In this document: positions 39,052-52,031 of the stretch, in pieces
Numbering within the stretch: the first letter of the stretch is position 1
Layout of the letters: every line of letters starts with the position of its first letter
Source of the DNA: Mobula hypostoma
Lineage: Eukaryota
Reading direction: 5' to 3'
NCBI RefSeq assembly: GCF_963921235.1
Contig: NC_086097.1
Coordinates: 237,028,001-237,092,000 of the forward strand
Length of the DNA stretch: 64,000 nt
Program-made: the position numbers and the translations under genes
The notes under the pieces: generated by a model
What the model saw: the letters and a program-made list of their open reading frames with translations, nothing else
The model's database searches: none
Told to the model about the DNA's origin: nothing

Positions 39052-39395
39052 ATGTACTAGAGTGGGGTGAATTTGGATGGGGAGAGGGAAGGAAGTTGAG
39101 GGTGGCAAGAATCATAATGTTGCTTTATCATAATGCAGTGAAATCAGATGTATATCTTACCTTTAATTCAAGCCCTCCAAAACAAGACAAACTGCAACAT
39201 AAACACGTCATAAAAAGACAGACGACCAGCTGGCTTGTAGGTGGCAAAGAACAAGAATAAAGGTGGCCTTTTCTGGTTGGATGTCAGTGACTAGTTGGTG
39301 TTCCGCAAGGGTCAGTGTTGGGACAATTTCTTTTCACGTTGTATGATTTGGATGATATCTTTGTGACCAAGTTTTCAGACGATACAAAGATAGGT

Positions 39396-39703
39396 GGCAT
39401 CCGTTAGTCTTGCGAGACCATGGATCTGCGCCTGGAAAGTCTTCACTCTCCAGGGCGCAGGCCTGGGCAAGGTTGTATGGAAGACCAGCAGTTGCCCATG
39501 CTGCAAGTCTCCCCTCTCCACGACACCAATGTTGTCCAAGGGAAGGGCATTAGGACCCATACAGCTTGGCACCAGTGTCGTCGCAGAGCAATGTGTGGTT
39601 AAGTGCCTTGCTCAAGGACACAACATGTTGCCTCGGCTGGGACTTGAAATCACGACCTTCAGGTCTCTAGTCCAATGCCTTAACCACTTGGCCACGTGCC
39701 CAC
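39396..39703 (-). mobile_element. Second copy of the same tRNA-derived SINE, inserted in CR1
   Basis: Reverse complement of 42413-42719; TSD ACAAAGAT(A/T)GGTGG at 39384-39397 and 39704-39717. Confidence 0.85.
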
Positions 39704-41042
39704 ACAAAGATTGGTGGAGGGGCAGGTAATGCTGAGGAGGCAGGGAGTCTGCTCAAAGATTTGGACAGATTAGGAGAATGGGCGAAGAAGTGGCAGATGG
39801 AATACAAAGTAAAGAAGAGTATGGTCATATACTTTGGTAAAAGGGATAAGAGCATAGACTGTCTTTTAAATATGGTGAAGATTCAGAAATCAGAGGTGCA
39901 AATGGACTTGCGAGTCTTCGTGCCGGATTCCCTAAAGGTTAACTTGCAGGTTGAGTCAATAGTAAGGAAGACAAATGCATTCACTTCAAGAGGGCTAGAG
40001 TATAAAAGCAAGGATGTAATGCTGAGGCTTTATAAGGCATTATAAGTACTTGGACTATAGTGGACAACTTTAGCACAGAGGTGAGCAGGAATTTCTTTAA
40101 CCAGAGGGAGGTAAATCTACGGAATACACAAGCTTTTTTTTTACATATATAACCTTTTCCATTTTTTATGTGAGTAAATCTATATTAATTTGTACATTCA
40201 CAAGTGCACATTGAGATAATATAGAAAATAATTAGGCACTCAAATAGATGTTTATGTACAATTGTAATTCCACTCTGTTAAACTAAATAATGATAATAGT
40301 TGTTATAAAAATATTAATAATAGTGGTTGAATACTAATTTCCATGTATCTCTTCTGGTCCATTTCTTTCTGGTCCAAAATTTCCCCAGATCTTTTCTTTA
40401 CTTGTGTTAATTCCACATTTTTCCAAAAAAAGAGAACAGTTAACATTCGAGCCAAGGGTGCTTCCGTTAACACTATTACTATGTTGGTGAGGCAAACAGT
40501 ATAAACTGTTTGGAGAGTCATCTAAAGTCTGCTCGCTCTAGGGTTATAAATTCAATCCATTTATTGAAATTTGATAAAATTTTTCCTTTTGAATTCTCAG
40601 AAGTAGGTAATCTTTTCCATTTTAAATATTTCCAAAGTGATTTCATGCCAATCTTCTAATGTAGGTGATGTTGGATTTAACCACTTTTTGGTGATTGATT
40701 TCTTACTTGCCACTAAAAAGGCCTGCAGCAGCTTTATATCTTTCTTCTGTTCCAAAAACAATACATACCCCGAGTAGAGAGTCTCAAAGTTCAGAGCTAC
40801 CTGAGTCCTATATACCTTAACTAATGTTCTGTGAATACCTTCCCAATATAAACTTAATTTAGGGCAATCCCAAAAATTATGGAAATGATTTGCCTCCTTG
40901 GAGCCACACCTTCTCCAACACGCCACGTTTGTGTCTCCATATTTTTCCTGGTATGGGGTCTTGAAGTATCTTATAATATTTTTCCAACAATGTTCTCTCC
41001 GAATCAAAGAGTTAGTCGAAGACCACTGGAAGCTGCATATTT

Positions 41043-42090
41043 TAGAAACCGTAGAAACCAGAGAAAAACTACAGCACAGAAACAGGCCTTTTGGCCCTTC
41101 TTGGCTGTGCCGAACCATTTTCTGCCTAGTCCCACTGACCTGCACACGGACCATATCCCTCCATACACCTCCCATCCATGTATCTGTCCAGTTTATTCTT
41201 AAATGTTAAAAAAAACCCGCATTTACCACCTCGTCTGGCAGCTCATTCCACACTCCCACCACTCTCTGGGTGAAGAAGCCCCCCCAATGTTCCCTTTAAA
41301 CTTTTCCCCCCTCACTCTTAGCCCATGTCCTCTGGTTTTTTTCTCCCCTTGCCTTAGTGGAAAAAGCCTGCTTGCATTCATTGTATCTATACCTATCATA
41401 ATTTTATATACCTCTATCAAATCTCCCCTCATTCTTCTATGCTCCAGGGAATAAAGTCCTAACCTATTCAACCTTTCTCTGTAACTGAGTTTTTCAAGTC
41501 CTGTCAACATCCTTGTAAACCTTCTCTGCACTCTTTCAACCTTAGTAATGTCCTTCCTGTGATTTGGTGACCAAAACTGAACACAATACTCCAGATTCGG
41601 CCTCACCAATGCCTTATACAACCTCATCATAACATTCCAGCTCTTATATTCAACACTTTGATTAATAAAGGCCAATGTACTAAAAGATTTCTTTACGACC
41701 CTATCTACCTGTGACGCCACTTTTAGGGAATTTTGTATCTGTATTCCCAGATCCCTCTGTTCTACTGCACTCCTCAGTGCTTTACCATTTACCCTGTATG
41801 TTCTACCTGGGTTTGTCCTTCCAAAGTGCAATACCTCACACTTGTCTGTATTAAGCTCCATCTGCTATTTTTCAGCCCCTTTTTCCAGCTGGTCCAAATC
41901 CCTCTGCAAGCTTTGAAAACCTTCCTCACTGTCCACTACACCTCTAATCTTTGTATCATCAGCAAATTTACTGATCCAATTTACCACATTATCATCCAGA
42001 TCATTGATATAGATGGCAAATAACAATGGACCCAACACTGATCCCTGTGGCACTCTGAGAAGCAGTCCTCCACTACCACTCTCTGGCTTC
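41043..42090 (-). mobile_element. CR1 LINE 3' fragment inserted in L1
   Basis: SKFADDTKI, LYKALVRPNLEYCVQFWSP, RRMRGDLIEVYK; (tagaaacc)n tail. Confidence 0.9.
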
Positions 42091-42414
42091 TTCCATTTTT
42101 CCCCCAAGCCTCCTCTGAAAGTACCAACCCCGCTTCTTTCTCCCACTTCTCTTTAACATACAATGTGTCTTCATTTTTGGCATGAGAGAGGGCATTATAT
42201 AATTGAGAAATTGATTTACTTGGTATTGAACTGTAAGCCGAATTCAGAATCTTGAAAAATTCTAATTCTATTGTTGATAAGTCTGTATATCTACATCTCT
42301 GGTGAACATGATGCCGTACTTGGAGGTACCTAAAAAAGTCATTGTGTTCTAGGCACAACCTGGTGGAGCATAAACATTCAACAATGTTATTTCAGTACCT
42401 TCTATTCTTCCTGT

Positions 42415-42732
42415 GGGCACATGGCCAAGTGGTTAAGGCATCGGTCTCGTGATCTGAAGGTCGCTAGTTCGAGCCTCAGCTAAGGCAGCGTGTTGTGTCC
42501 TTGAGCAAGGCACTTAATCACACAGTGCTCTGCGACGACACTAGTGCCAAGCTGTATTGACCCTTGCCCTTCCCTTGGACAACATCAATGTCATGGAGAG
42601 GGGAGACTTGCAGCATGAGCAACTGCCGGTCTTCCATACAACCTTGCCCAGGCCTGCGCCCTGGAGAGTGAAGACTTTCCAGGTGTAGATCCATGGTCTC
42701 ACAAGACTAACGGATGCCTTTAATATTATTGT
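42415..42732 (+). mobile_element. tRNA-derived SINE inserted in L1 endonuclease
   Basis: A box TGGCCAAGTGG, B box GTTCGAGCC; TSD TATTCTTCCTGT at 42403-42414 and 42733-42744. Confidence 0.85.
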
Positions 42733-44717
42733 TATTCTTCCTGTAATTCTTACAAATTGTCCATCCTTGTCTTTAGCCTCTGAAATATGTTCATAATTAA
42801 GAGCACTTGATATTAAAGTAGCTACTCCTCTTTTGTGGCCCAGTTTATATGATGAATAAAATACATGCTTAAAGCCCATTCTTTTTAATTTTTCATGTTC
42901 GGATTGGCACATGTGCATTTCCTGAAGGAAAGCTATCTGTGCCCTCTCTTTTTTCAATTTAGACATAATCTTATTTCTCTTAATTGGATTCAAAACCCCA
43001 TTTACATTATAGGAAATTATTTTTACCAGTTCAATTTGCAATTTCTCTAACAGAAAAAAAAATCACCAGTAAGCAATCCCTTCTCAATAGTAAACCAGAA
43101 CATAAAACCAAACCCTAGGCATTTTTGAACATAGAACATTTGAAAATTTTTCCCGACTTCCAACAGTGAGGCCTGAGCACCGACCCGCCTCAGTTCAGAG
43201 GGATAACCCTTGTCTCCAGTCTGTGTTAGAGGGCCCTCCGCGGTGTGAACAGCCATAGAGGATTCTCTCCTTTTTATGTCTCGACCATATTGCTATCATT
43301 CAAGTTATTCCATCTAGATTATTTTCAATGATCAGCTTTCATTTTACTATTAAGTACGATTTACTCTTTTCAGACATTTCTCAATTATTCTACACTCTCT
43401 GTACGTTTGCGTATGAATACTTGCAGCCTTTCCTTATAGCTTGACACACTGGTTCGAGTGGAGCGTCCTCGCTGTACTGGCTGCCATGACCACTGCCAAA
43501 TCTTCTCCAGTAACAACTCCGGTTGGGTGATAACCTTTAAGGGTAGTCCCCGAACCACCAGATCCAACGTTGCCTCTTCCACTGTAGCATAGGTTTTTGT
43601 CCCTTCATCGTAAAAGACCATCAGCCGAGCTGGATACAGGGTCTGAAATCTGATGTTGTTTTCCTTCAGGACCCTCCGTGTTTCCGTGTATTCCTTCTGT
43701 CTGGCAAGGATCCCCGGTGCGTAATTGTGGTCTAAACTGACTTTACAGTTGTTCCACATAAAGCCTTTCTTTTGCCATGCCAGTTTAAGCACTTCTTCCT
43801 TCATTCTGTAACTGAGAAATCTGACGAAAATCAGTCTGGGCTGGGCATCTGCCGGGGGTTGTGGTGCCAATGCGTGGTGGGTCCTTTCTATCTGTAGGTC
43901 TTTTGCGTCTGGTATTTCACGGTTCTCTCTAAGCAGATTCTCCATGAAGGGAATCACCAATCCGAGTTTACCTTCAGCTCCTTCGGGAACTCCGTAGATC
44001 CTCACATTTTCCCTTCTTGAGCGGCCTTCTTGGTCTATTAGCTTCCACTGGAGCTGCTGTTGTAGCTTCATCATTTCTCCTATCACTTCCTCTGCGTTTT
44101 GCAGCCTCTCCTCAGTCCTTACAATCCTCGCTTCGGCTTCATCTAACCTCAAATTAGTTTTTTCCTATTTCTCCTTTAATATCTTCCAGCTGTTTGTTGA
44201 TATCTTGTCAGAAATCACGAACCTCTCCAAGGATCAGATTCACCGATTCTTCCACATTATCTGCGTCCTGGCTAGCCGTGGGGGAGCTAGGCCCCTCTTC
44301 TTGCTGAGTCTTTTTATATTTATCAGCCTTCTGAGCGGACTTTTAATTCTTGTACTTAGACTCTATCCTTGCTCCTTTTATTGATCTGGTTATACAATAC
44401 TAAATATTTGTCTAATTTTGACTTTGGGGCAGTTTACGTTCTTTTTTGTCGAGAGACCTTTTCCTACGCTGCCATTCTCTTGGTGACCCGGAAGTCCTCC
44501 CAGTTGAGTATATTCAAAGTTGATGTTGATAGGTTCTTGATTAGTAAGGGTATTAAAGGTTAGAGAAAAAAGGCAGATGAATGGAGTTGAAAGGGATAAT
44601 AAATCATCCATGATGGAATGGTGACTTGATGTGCCAAATGGCCTAAATTTGCTCCTAAGTCTTTTGGTGTTATAGTCTAATATAGTTTCAAATCAAGCTG
44701 ACAAAACATCAGATACA

Positions 44718-44809
44718 ATACAGGTCCTGAAGACGGGTCTCGATCTGAAATGTCGACTCTTTACTCATTTCTATAGATGCTGCCTGACCTGCTGAGTTGG
44801 TGTATGTTG
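44718..44809 (+). mobile_element. Solo older PLE tail with partly decayed hammerhead
   Basis: ggtcctgaagacgggtctcgatctgaaatgtcgact...; TSD CATCAGATACA at 44707-44717 and 44810-44820. Confidence 0.75.
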
Positions 44810-45715
44810 CATCAGATACAGTTTGATATTTATGCTAAAGATAAAATCATATCTCTCAGTCCACCTCGTCAAAGCCCTTTGCTGTTCAGTTGTGTAACTG
44901 TACTGCACTTTCTCAGATATGATAACACTCTTTTCTTCATTTTGTTTTCCTTTTATATTACCTTAATATAGAGTAGACAATAGACTGAATGGCCTAGTTC
45001 TGTTCCTATATGCTATGGTCTTATGTATGGAATGATCTGTCTGGATGACATATAAATGAAAGCTTTCAATTGGATCCCAGTACATGTGACAAAAATGAAT
45101 CAATTACTAATTAATGTCTTCAAAATGGATTCTTCCACATCAAAAAAACCCAAGTGCACATAATGTGATCAGTTCAAATGTCACAAGTGAGTAAAATTGA
45201 ATTGAGAGCTTTTCATATTCCAGTTGAACTTTACCAAAATTCAGTAAAATCCTGGTTGTACCACTATTAATATCAGTTTTCCAGGGCTTCTGACTTAATT
45301 CATTCCTGCCTCTGGCCATCAAACTGTACAACTCCTCCCTTGGAGGGTCAGACACCCTGAGCCAATAGGCTGGTCCTGGACTTATTTCCTGGCATAATTT
45401 ATATATCCCTATTTAATTATTTATGGTTTCATTACTATTTAGTTATTTATGGTGCAACTGTAACGAAAACCAATTTCCTCCGGGATCAATAAAGTATGAC
45501 TATGACTATATTAGCATTTCTTGAGACGATGAAGCTGTATGCTACAAGGTAAACTAAAATTCTGAACATAATCTGAACTACTTTAATACCACAATCAAAT
45601 CCAAATGAAAGTATACTGAATCCATTACAATACCATCTCGTATCAGTGTTTGGTTTCTTCACGCATACAAATTATTGCAGTGTATGATACAATCACTATC
45701 ATTTTTGACTCTTAC

Positions 45716-45889
45716 CTCTACAAGTGGGGATTGACTGGCTCCACTGTCTGTTTGTCTGACACTGGGCTTTGACTGACCCATCCATCACGTAACCAGTGTT
45801 GCAAGAAAACGTTACAACATCATTCAGATTGAAACCGTTTCCGGACGTTTTCCCATAAACTGGATTTCCAGGATGACCACAACTAATTG
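45716..45889 (-). CDS. CSMD3: CSMD3 coding exon (Sushi domain)
   Basis: 174 bp, ttccag|CA...AGAG|gtaaga; [58 protein letters not shown]. Confidence 0.94.
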
Positions 45890-46091
45890 CTGGAAAAAAC
45901 ACATAAGCGACAATCTGAAATTCTTAAAATCCTAAAAATAACTTTGGAAGTACTTATAAACATGCATTAAAGAGATTAACAATAGTTCTATTAAATTAAC
46001 CAGTAGCATTGATCATTAACTAGCCACCAAAAACTTCGGTCATCCACTGTAATGATGGAGTAAACTTCCTCTCTAAGCAAAGAAAATAAGC

Positions 46092-46350
46092 ATATTTATT
46101 TATATGATACAGCACAGAATAGGCCCTTCTGGCACAGCAATTCCCTGATTTAATGCTAGCCTATGCATGGGACAATTTACAATAACCAACCAACCTACCC
46201 ACTGATATTTCTTTGGACTGTGGGAGGAAACCAGAGCACTTGGAGGAAATCCACACAGGGAAAACATACAAACTCCTTACAGGCAGCAACGTGAATTGAA
46301 ACCAGGTCGCTAGTACTGTAAAGCTTTGTGCTAACCAATATGCTGCTGTG
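46092..46350 (-). mobile_element. V-SINE (HE1-like)
   Basis: Reverse complement of the 27800 family. Confidence 0.7.
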
Positions 46351-46879
46351 GAATAGTGCACTGACTGGCTATGCGTGGTTGTCGCTGGTTTGACTTGATG
46401 CAACATTTTGAAGTGTCTATGTTACACTTTACCCTGCAGCCTTCTTACAGTACCCAGCACCATAAAATAGTGGCTGCATCACAAAATTGAGATTATTGTC
46501 ATATGCACAGGTGCAATGAATTACTTGCTACATCATCTGAGGCACATAACATCAGATAAGCAGTATTCTCAAGAGAAAAATATAAAATATATAAAGAATA
46601 CATTGAACAATACAGCATAGGCACAGACCTAACCCCAACAGAAACATCAATTAATGGGAACACACACAGAGTGTTGAAGGAGCTCAGCAAGTCAGGCAGC
46701 TCCAGAATAGAATGATCTCTCTTTGGAATAGATATAAGGAGGAATTTCTTTGTAAATTGTATTTGGACACCTCTCTGTACCATAATCACTTTATTCTGCT
46801 CTTTGTTGTTGTTTTACCTTGCACTACCTCAATACACTGTTGCAATGAATTGATCTGTGTTCTTATCTGTGCAGGATAC

Positions 46880-47935
46880 ATGGTAGTGTGGAGGAGCAGA
46901 GGGATCTGGGGGTACACGTCCACAGATCCCTGAAAATTGCCTCACAGGTAGATAGGGTAGTTAAGAAAGCTTATGGGGTGTTAGCTTTCATAAATCGAGG
47001 GATTGAGTTTAAGAGTCGCGAGGTAATGACGCAGCTCTATAACACTCTGGTTGGGCCACACTTGGAGTACTGTGTCCAGTTCTGGACACCTCACTATAGG
47101 AAGGGTGTGGAAACATTGGAAAGGGTACAGAGGAGATTTACCAGGATGCTGCCTGGTTTAGAGAGTATGGATTATGATCAGAGATTAAGGGAGCTCGGGC
47201 TTTACTCTTTGGAGAGAAGGAGGATGAGAGGAGACATAATAGAGGTATACAAGATATTAAGAGGAATAGATAAGAGTGGATAGCCAGCACCTCTTCCCCA
47301 GGGCACCACTGCTCAATACGAGAGGATATGGCTTTAAGGTAAGGGGTGGGACGTTCAAGGGGAAATTAGAGGAAGATTTTTTACTCAGAGAGTGGTTAGT
47401 GCGTGGAGTGTACTGTCTGAGTCAGTGGTGGAGGCAGATACACTAGTGAAATTTAAGAGACTACTAGACAGGTATATGGAGGAATTTAAGGTGGGGGTTA
47501 TATGGGAGGCAGGGTTTGAGGGTCAGCACAACATTGTGGGCTGAAGGGTCTATACTGTGCTGTACTATCCTATGTTCTATTATCGACTATTGGTAGAGAG
47601 GACGTGGAGAGGCTGTTTCCTATAGTGGGGGAAGTCAACGACCAGAGGCACAGCCTCAGAATAGAAAGATCTCCCTTCAGAGCAGAGATAAGAAGAAATT
47701 TCTTTAGTCAGAAGATGGTGAATCTATGGAATTCATAGCCACAGATGACTGTGGAGGCCAAGTCACTGGGTGTATTTAAAACAAAGGTTGACAGGTTCCT
47801 AATTAGTAAGGGTATCAAGTATTTCAGGGAGAAGGCAGAAGAATGGGGTTGAGATGGAAAATAAGTCAGCCATGATTGAATGGTGGAGCAGACTTGATGG
47901 GCCAGATGGCCTAATTCTGCTCCGATGTCTTATGA
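46880..47935 (+). mobile_element. Two adjacent CR1 3' fragments
   Basis: EEQRDLGVHVH..PHLEYCVQFWTP..RRRMRGDIIEVYK; second 3' end at 47583-47935. Confidence 0.85.
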
Positions 47936-48873
47936 TAAATGATCCATTTCACTGTATGTTTTGATGTACATGTCACAAATAAAACTAATCTTCCTTTATA
48001 TTTCTTTCTTGTATTCTGTTTCTTTTCAAATGTTAATCATCACAAAATTGCCAAAAACTTTGGAAAGGAGCACAGAAAAGTCATTTCCTATACAAATGAC
48101 CAAAGAAAGATCAGCATTTGGAAGAGCTCACAGGTTGAAAGGATTGCAATTGGAATTGGATGAGCCTTAAGGGAATACTGATCAATTGTGTAGGAATAAC
48201 AAAAGCAAATTTATTTTTTAGCTTTTTTGACATTTCTTAGTCTTGACGATGTAAATACATGGAAGGATCCAGAACATACAAGAAGTAAAAGAATGATAAC
48301 CGAATTAAAAATATACAGCTGAGCTGACATCAGGTGAGAATGGAATGATTGAACGAATAACTGGGTGGGATATGTAACAGCCAGTTGGTGCAGTGCAAGT
48401 ATGTGTCACTCACATTTACCAAAAGCAACACGTGCAAAGTGCTGGAGGAGCTCAGAAGGTCAGGCAGTGGCAACGTAGGGGAATAAACAGTTGAATTTCA
48501 GGCCAAGACCCCTCATTCAGACTGGAAATGAAGGGGGCAGGTCAGATTAAGGTGGTGAGGGAGAGGGGTAGGAGTACAAGCAGGCAGGTGATAGGTGAGG
48601 GAGAAAGTGGGTGGACAACGCAACCCTCTAATTGGTTTTTACAAGTGCGCGGACCGACCTTGCCCTGAGCAAGATATTTTTTACACGGCCTGAAAACTAT
48701 GAAGTACTTTAAAGCATATATCGTGAATTTTTTTTTTTGTTTTTACGACTGCAGTATGTACATATACACATATTTTATATGACAGTTGGGAAGAAGCTGT
48801 TCCTGAATCATTGAGTGTGTGCCTTCAGGCTTCTGTACCTCCTTCCTGATAGCAGCAATGAGAAGAGGGCATG

Positions 48874-48962
48874 CAAACAACAGGAATTCTGCAGATGCCG
48901 GAAATTCAAGCAACACACATAAAAGTTGCTGGTGAACGCAGCAGGCCAGGCAGCATCTCTAG
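48874..48962 (-). mobile_element. Young PLE extreme 3' tail lacking the ribozyme
   Basis: Matches 35448-35540; TSD GAAGAGGGCATG at 48862-48873 and 48963-48974, partly microhomologous with the element. Confidence 0.8.
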
Positions 48963-50598
48963 GAAGAGGGCATGTCCTGGGTGATGGGGATCCTGAATGA
49001 TGGATGCTGCCTTTTTGAGGCATCACTCCTTGAAGATGTCCTGGATGCTATGGAGGCTGGTGCCCGTGATGGAACTGACTGAGTTCACAACTTTCTGCAG
49101 CTTCTTTTGATCCTGTGCAGTAGCCCACACCCCAGATACTAGACTGTGACGCAGCCAGTCAGAATGCTCTCCATGGTACATAGGTAGAAATTTGTGAGTG
49201 TCCTTGATGACATACCAAATCTCCTGAAACTCCAAATGAAATATAGCTGTTGTCATGCCTTCTTTATAATACATCGATAACTAGGGACCAGGATAGATCC
49301 TCAGAGATATTGACACTCAGGAACTTGAAATTGTACACTCTTTCCACTTCTGATCCCTCTGTGAGGACGTTGAGTGCAAGGTTGCTGTTGTGACACCACT
49401 CAACTTGCTGATATAGCTCATCACTGTATACCTTCGCGTTTATGGAATAATTATACAAAAGAAAACCACAGCTGCGCAGCAACAAAGAACATGTGCACGT
49501 GAACATTTTAGTTATTGCGCGGTCGTGCACCCGCGCAACTTAGAGGGAACAGTGGAGGGGAGGGGGTATGGAGTAAGAAGCTACAAGGGGGATAGGTGGA
49601 AGGGGTAAAAGGGCTGAAGAAGAAGAAATCTGATAGGAGAGAAGTACGCAAAGACATTGTTTAAATCTGTTCTTAAAAATGTGAGTTTAGTTTTATTCTC
49701 ATTAAACAAAAAGCACGAAGATGACACAGTGTTAAGAAATAAACCAAGCACTGCTGCTTACTCAACTCAAAGATACCCGCAATGCATATAGGAATTATGC
49801 AACGCCTTCGATCTGTAATGTAGTCCCTGTAAATTACTACCCTCTAGTGCGTACTAACAGCTTGAACTATTCTTAAAATTAAAAAAACATCCGACCAATA
49901 GAATAAATACTCTTGTTTTCCACCGGATCCTGCATTATAAAATTAATAATATCCTTTTCCCAACATCAAGCATTACTTTCAACTTCAAACAACGCAGGTG
50001 AAACCTTCACATCAAAGAAAAATACCTCCTCCTGAAGCATACTAAAATCAATGTTATAAAGCAGCTGCAGATAAAAGGAAATAGTACTGTGAATATCAGG
50101 AATCTGGAATTAAAAGCAAGTTTTCTTGGAGGTTCTAAATCCAAACATTAGGCTGCTTTTTTAACATTATAAATTTCTAATAAAATATCTTGATGCCAAT
50201 GGATACCTCAGTGAATTTCAGACAGTCAATGTTGGAGTTCAATTCATCTCCATAACTCTTCTCAACTTATAACCTTTTGATTATAGTTTTGTTGTTCATT
50301 TCTAACTAACTATTTTTGCTCATAACATTGGTAGGTATTCTTTACACTTTCATTTTCACTCAATCTCTGCTGATAAGTGCTTTTTCTTTTTAAAACCTCT
50401 TCAAGTGTAAACCAGCATCAAGAACCCCCAACACCCAGGACATGTTCTCTTCTTAGTGCTGCCATCAGGAAGGAGGTACAGGAGCCTTAAGTCCCACGTT
50501 ACCAGGTTCAGAAAGAGTTGTTACCCCTCAGCCATCGGGCTTCTGAACCAGTGTGGATAACTTCACTTCAGTGTGGATAACTGAACTGATTCCACATT

Positions 50599-50634
50599 AG
50601 TCCTGACGAAGGGTCTCGGCCTGAAACGTCGACT
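50599..50634 (+). ncRNA. Minimal hammerhead ribozyme motif (identical copy, solo mini-element)
   Basis: agtcctgacgaagggtctcggcctgaaacgtcgact, identical to 16331-16366. Confidence 0.78.
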
Positions 50635-50698
50635 GCGCCTCTTCCTATAGATGCTGCTTGGCCTGCTGCGTTCACCAGCAACTTTGATGTATGTTGCT
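50599..50698 (+). mobile_element. Solo 100-bp PLE tail (hammerhead mini-element)
   Basis: One mismatch versus 16331-16427; TSD TGATTCCACATT at 50587-50598 and 50699-50710. Confidence 0.85.
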
Positions 50699-52031
50699 TG
50701 ATTCCACATTTCACCACATTCCAATGTGGACTTTCAAGGACTCTCCAAACTCATGTTCTCGACATTTATTCCTTACTTACAACAAAATCAATGAAAAAAG
50801 ACTCACAAACTACAAAATATGCCAAACTGTACAAATACAAATAAATAAATAATGTTAAGAACGTGAGTTTTAGGGTCCTTGAAAGTAAATCCACAGGTTG
50901 TGGGATCAGTTCAGCATTGAGGTGAGTGGACAGCAGAACAGCATTTCCCTGCAAGCTTAATAAGTCTTAAGAAGTTTACAAGTTTCGGACTTTGACGAAG
51001 AGGGAAAGCGTTGCAGGGAAAGAAGGAAGAGCGGGCAGGAAGATGATGGGATTTGTTATCTGCGTGGATGGTTTAGGAGCCATGCAACTATTTTCTGTCT
51101 TTCTGTATTGTATTTTGATTTGAGCCTTTTTATTATGGCTTACGTTAATTTGCCATGCGGGTTTGAGCAAGATAGAAGTAAAGGAGTATAGTCACGTATT
51201 CGCCCTTTGTGTCGTTAGTTTAGTAAGAGAAAGACAGAACAAGGATGAATATTTTTTGTTGACTGCTAACTTCACTTATTATACTCGTATCACTAATTCT
51301 TCATACGTCGTTAATATTGTTAATTTTATTATCACTATTGTTAATAGTTCATCTTTGCTGATTTCGTAATAGAGGATCGAACATATTTTTATCAACATGG
51401 AACTCAGTTATTTGGAAGCACTTCACACCATCGCTCAGTCTCTTAGCAGTTTTGTTTTTTTTCTAAGTAGCCAGAACAGATGGGAATTTCATTATTTTAC
51501 TTATTGCATACATCAAGAGCTTGGTTTTGTCTGTATTACGGCCAGACTTTAAAGAATGTAGGAGCTCATCCTGTCATTCTGTGTGATCACATTTCTGGAG
51601 TTCCTTTGTGTCCTGTTCATTGGAAAGACCTACAGGAAATGGATATTAACTCAAAAACATTGACAGAAATGGCAGCAGGCTGGAAAGGTTTCATCAGATT
51701 TTCCTCAGATAACTGTCATCCTTTGTTTCCATGTCCAAGCCATAGCGAGCTTCAATGAGAGGCTGTGTTTGGCATGCAGGCATTCTGAACCACAAAAAAA
51801 ATCATCTGGGAGCCGAGGGATGGAAAAAAAAGACTGGAAGAGTTAGAAGATTGTGGTCTAATGCAAGGCAATGTAAGAAGTGGATTGGACTCAGGAGCTA
51901 AGGCTGGGATGGGGAGAAATTAAAAAAGCATCTAGGAAAATAGTGGGTGAGAAAGAGGGTGATTTGAAATGCTGTAGGTGATCAGAAGCACAAAGTGGTT
52001 GAAAAGACTTAGAGAAGAATACATTAACACA

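Larger units (their letters stand above)
40133..44499 (-). mobile_element. L1-clade LINE with 5' end, ORF1, endonuclease N-terminus, internal RT deletion, Zn knuckle and A-tail
   Basis: 5' GAGGACTTCCGG; ORF1 43385-44152 (EGRSRRENVRIYGVPE, LYPARL); ORF2 start ISYNVNG..FLQE; CWRRCG..H..WDC at 40597-41040; T-run at 40134; contains CR1 and SINE insertions. Confidence 0.85.

Noticed and set aside
42415..42490. tRNA gene
   Set aside because: A/B boxes are present, but it is the head of a TSD-flanked SINE with a second copy at 39396-39703
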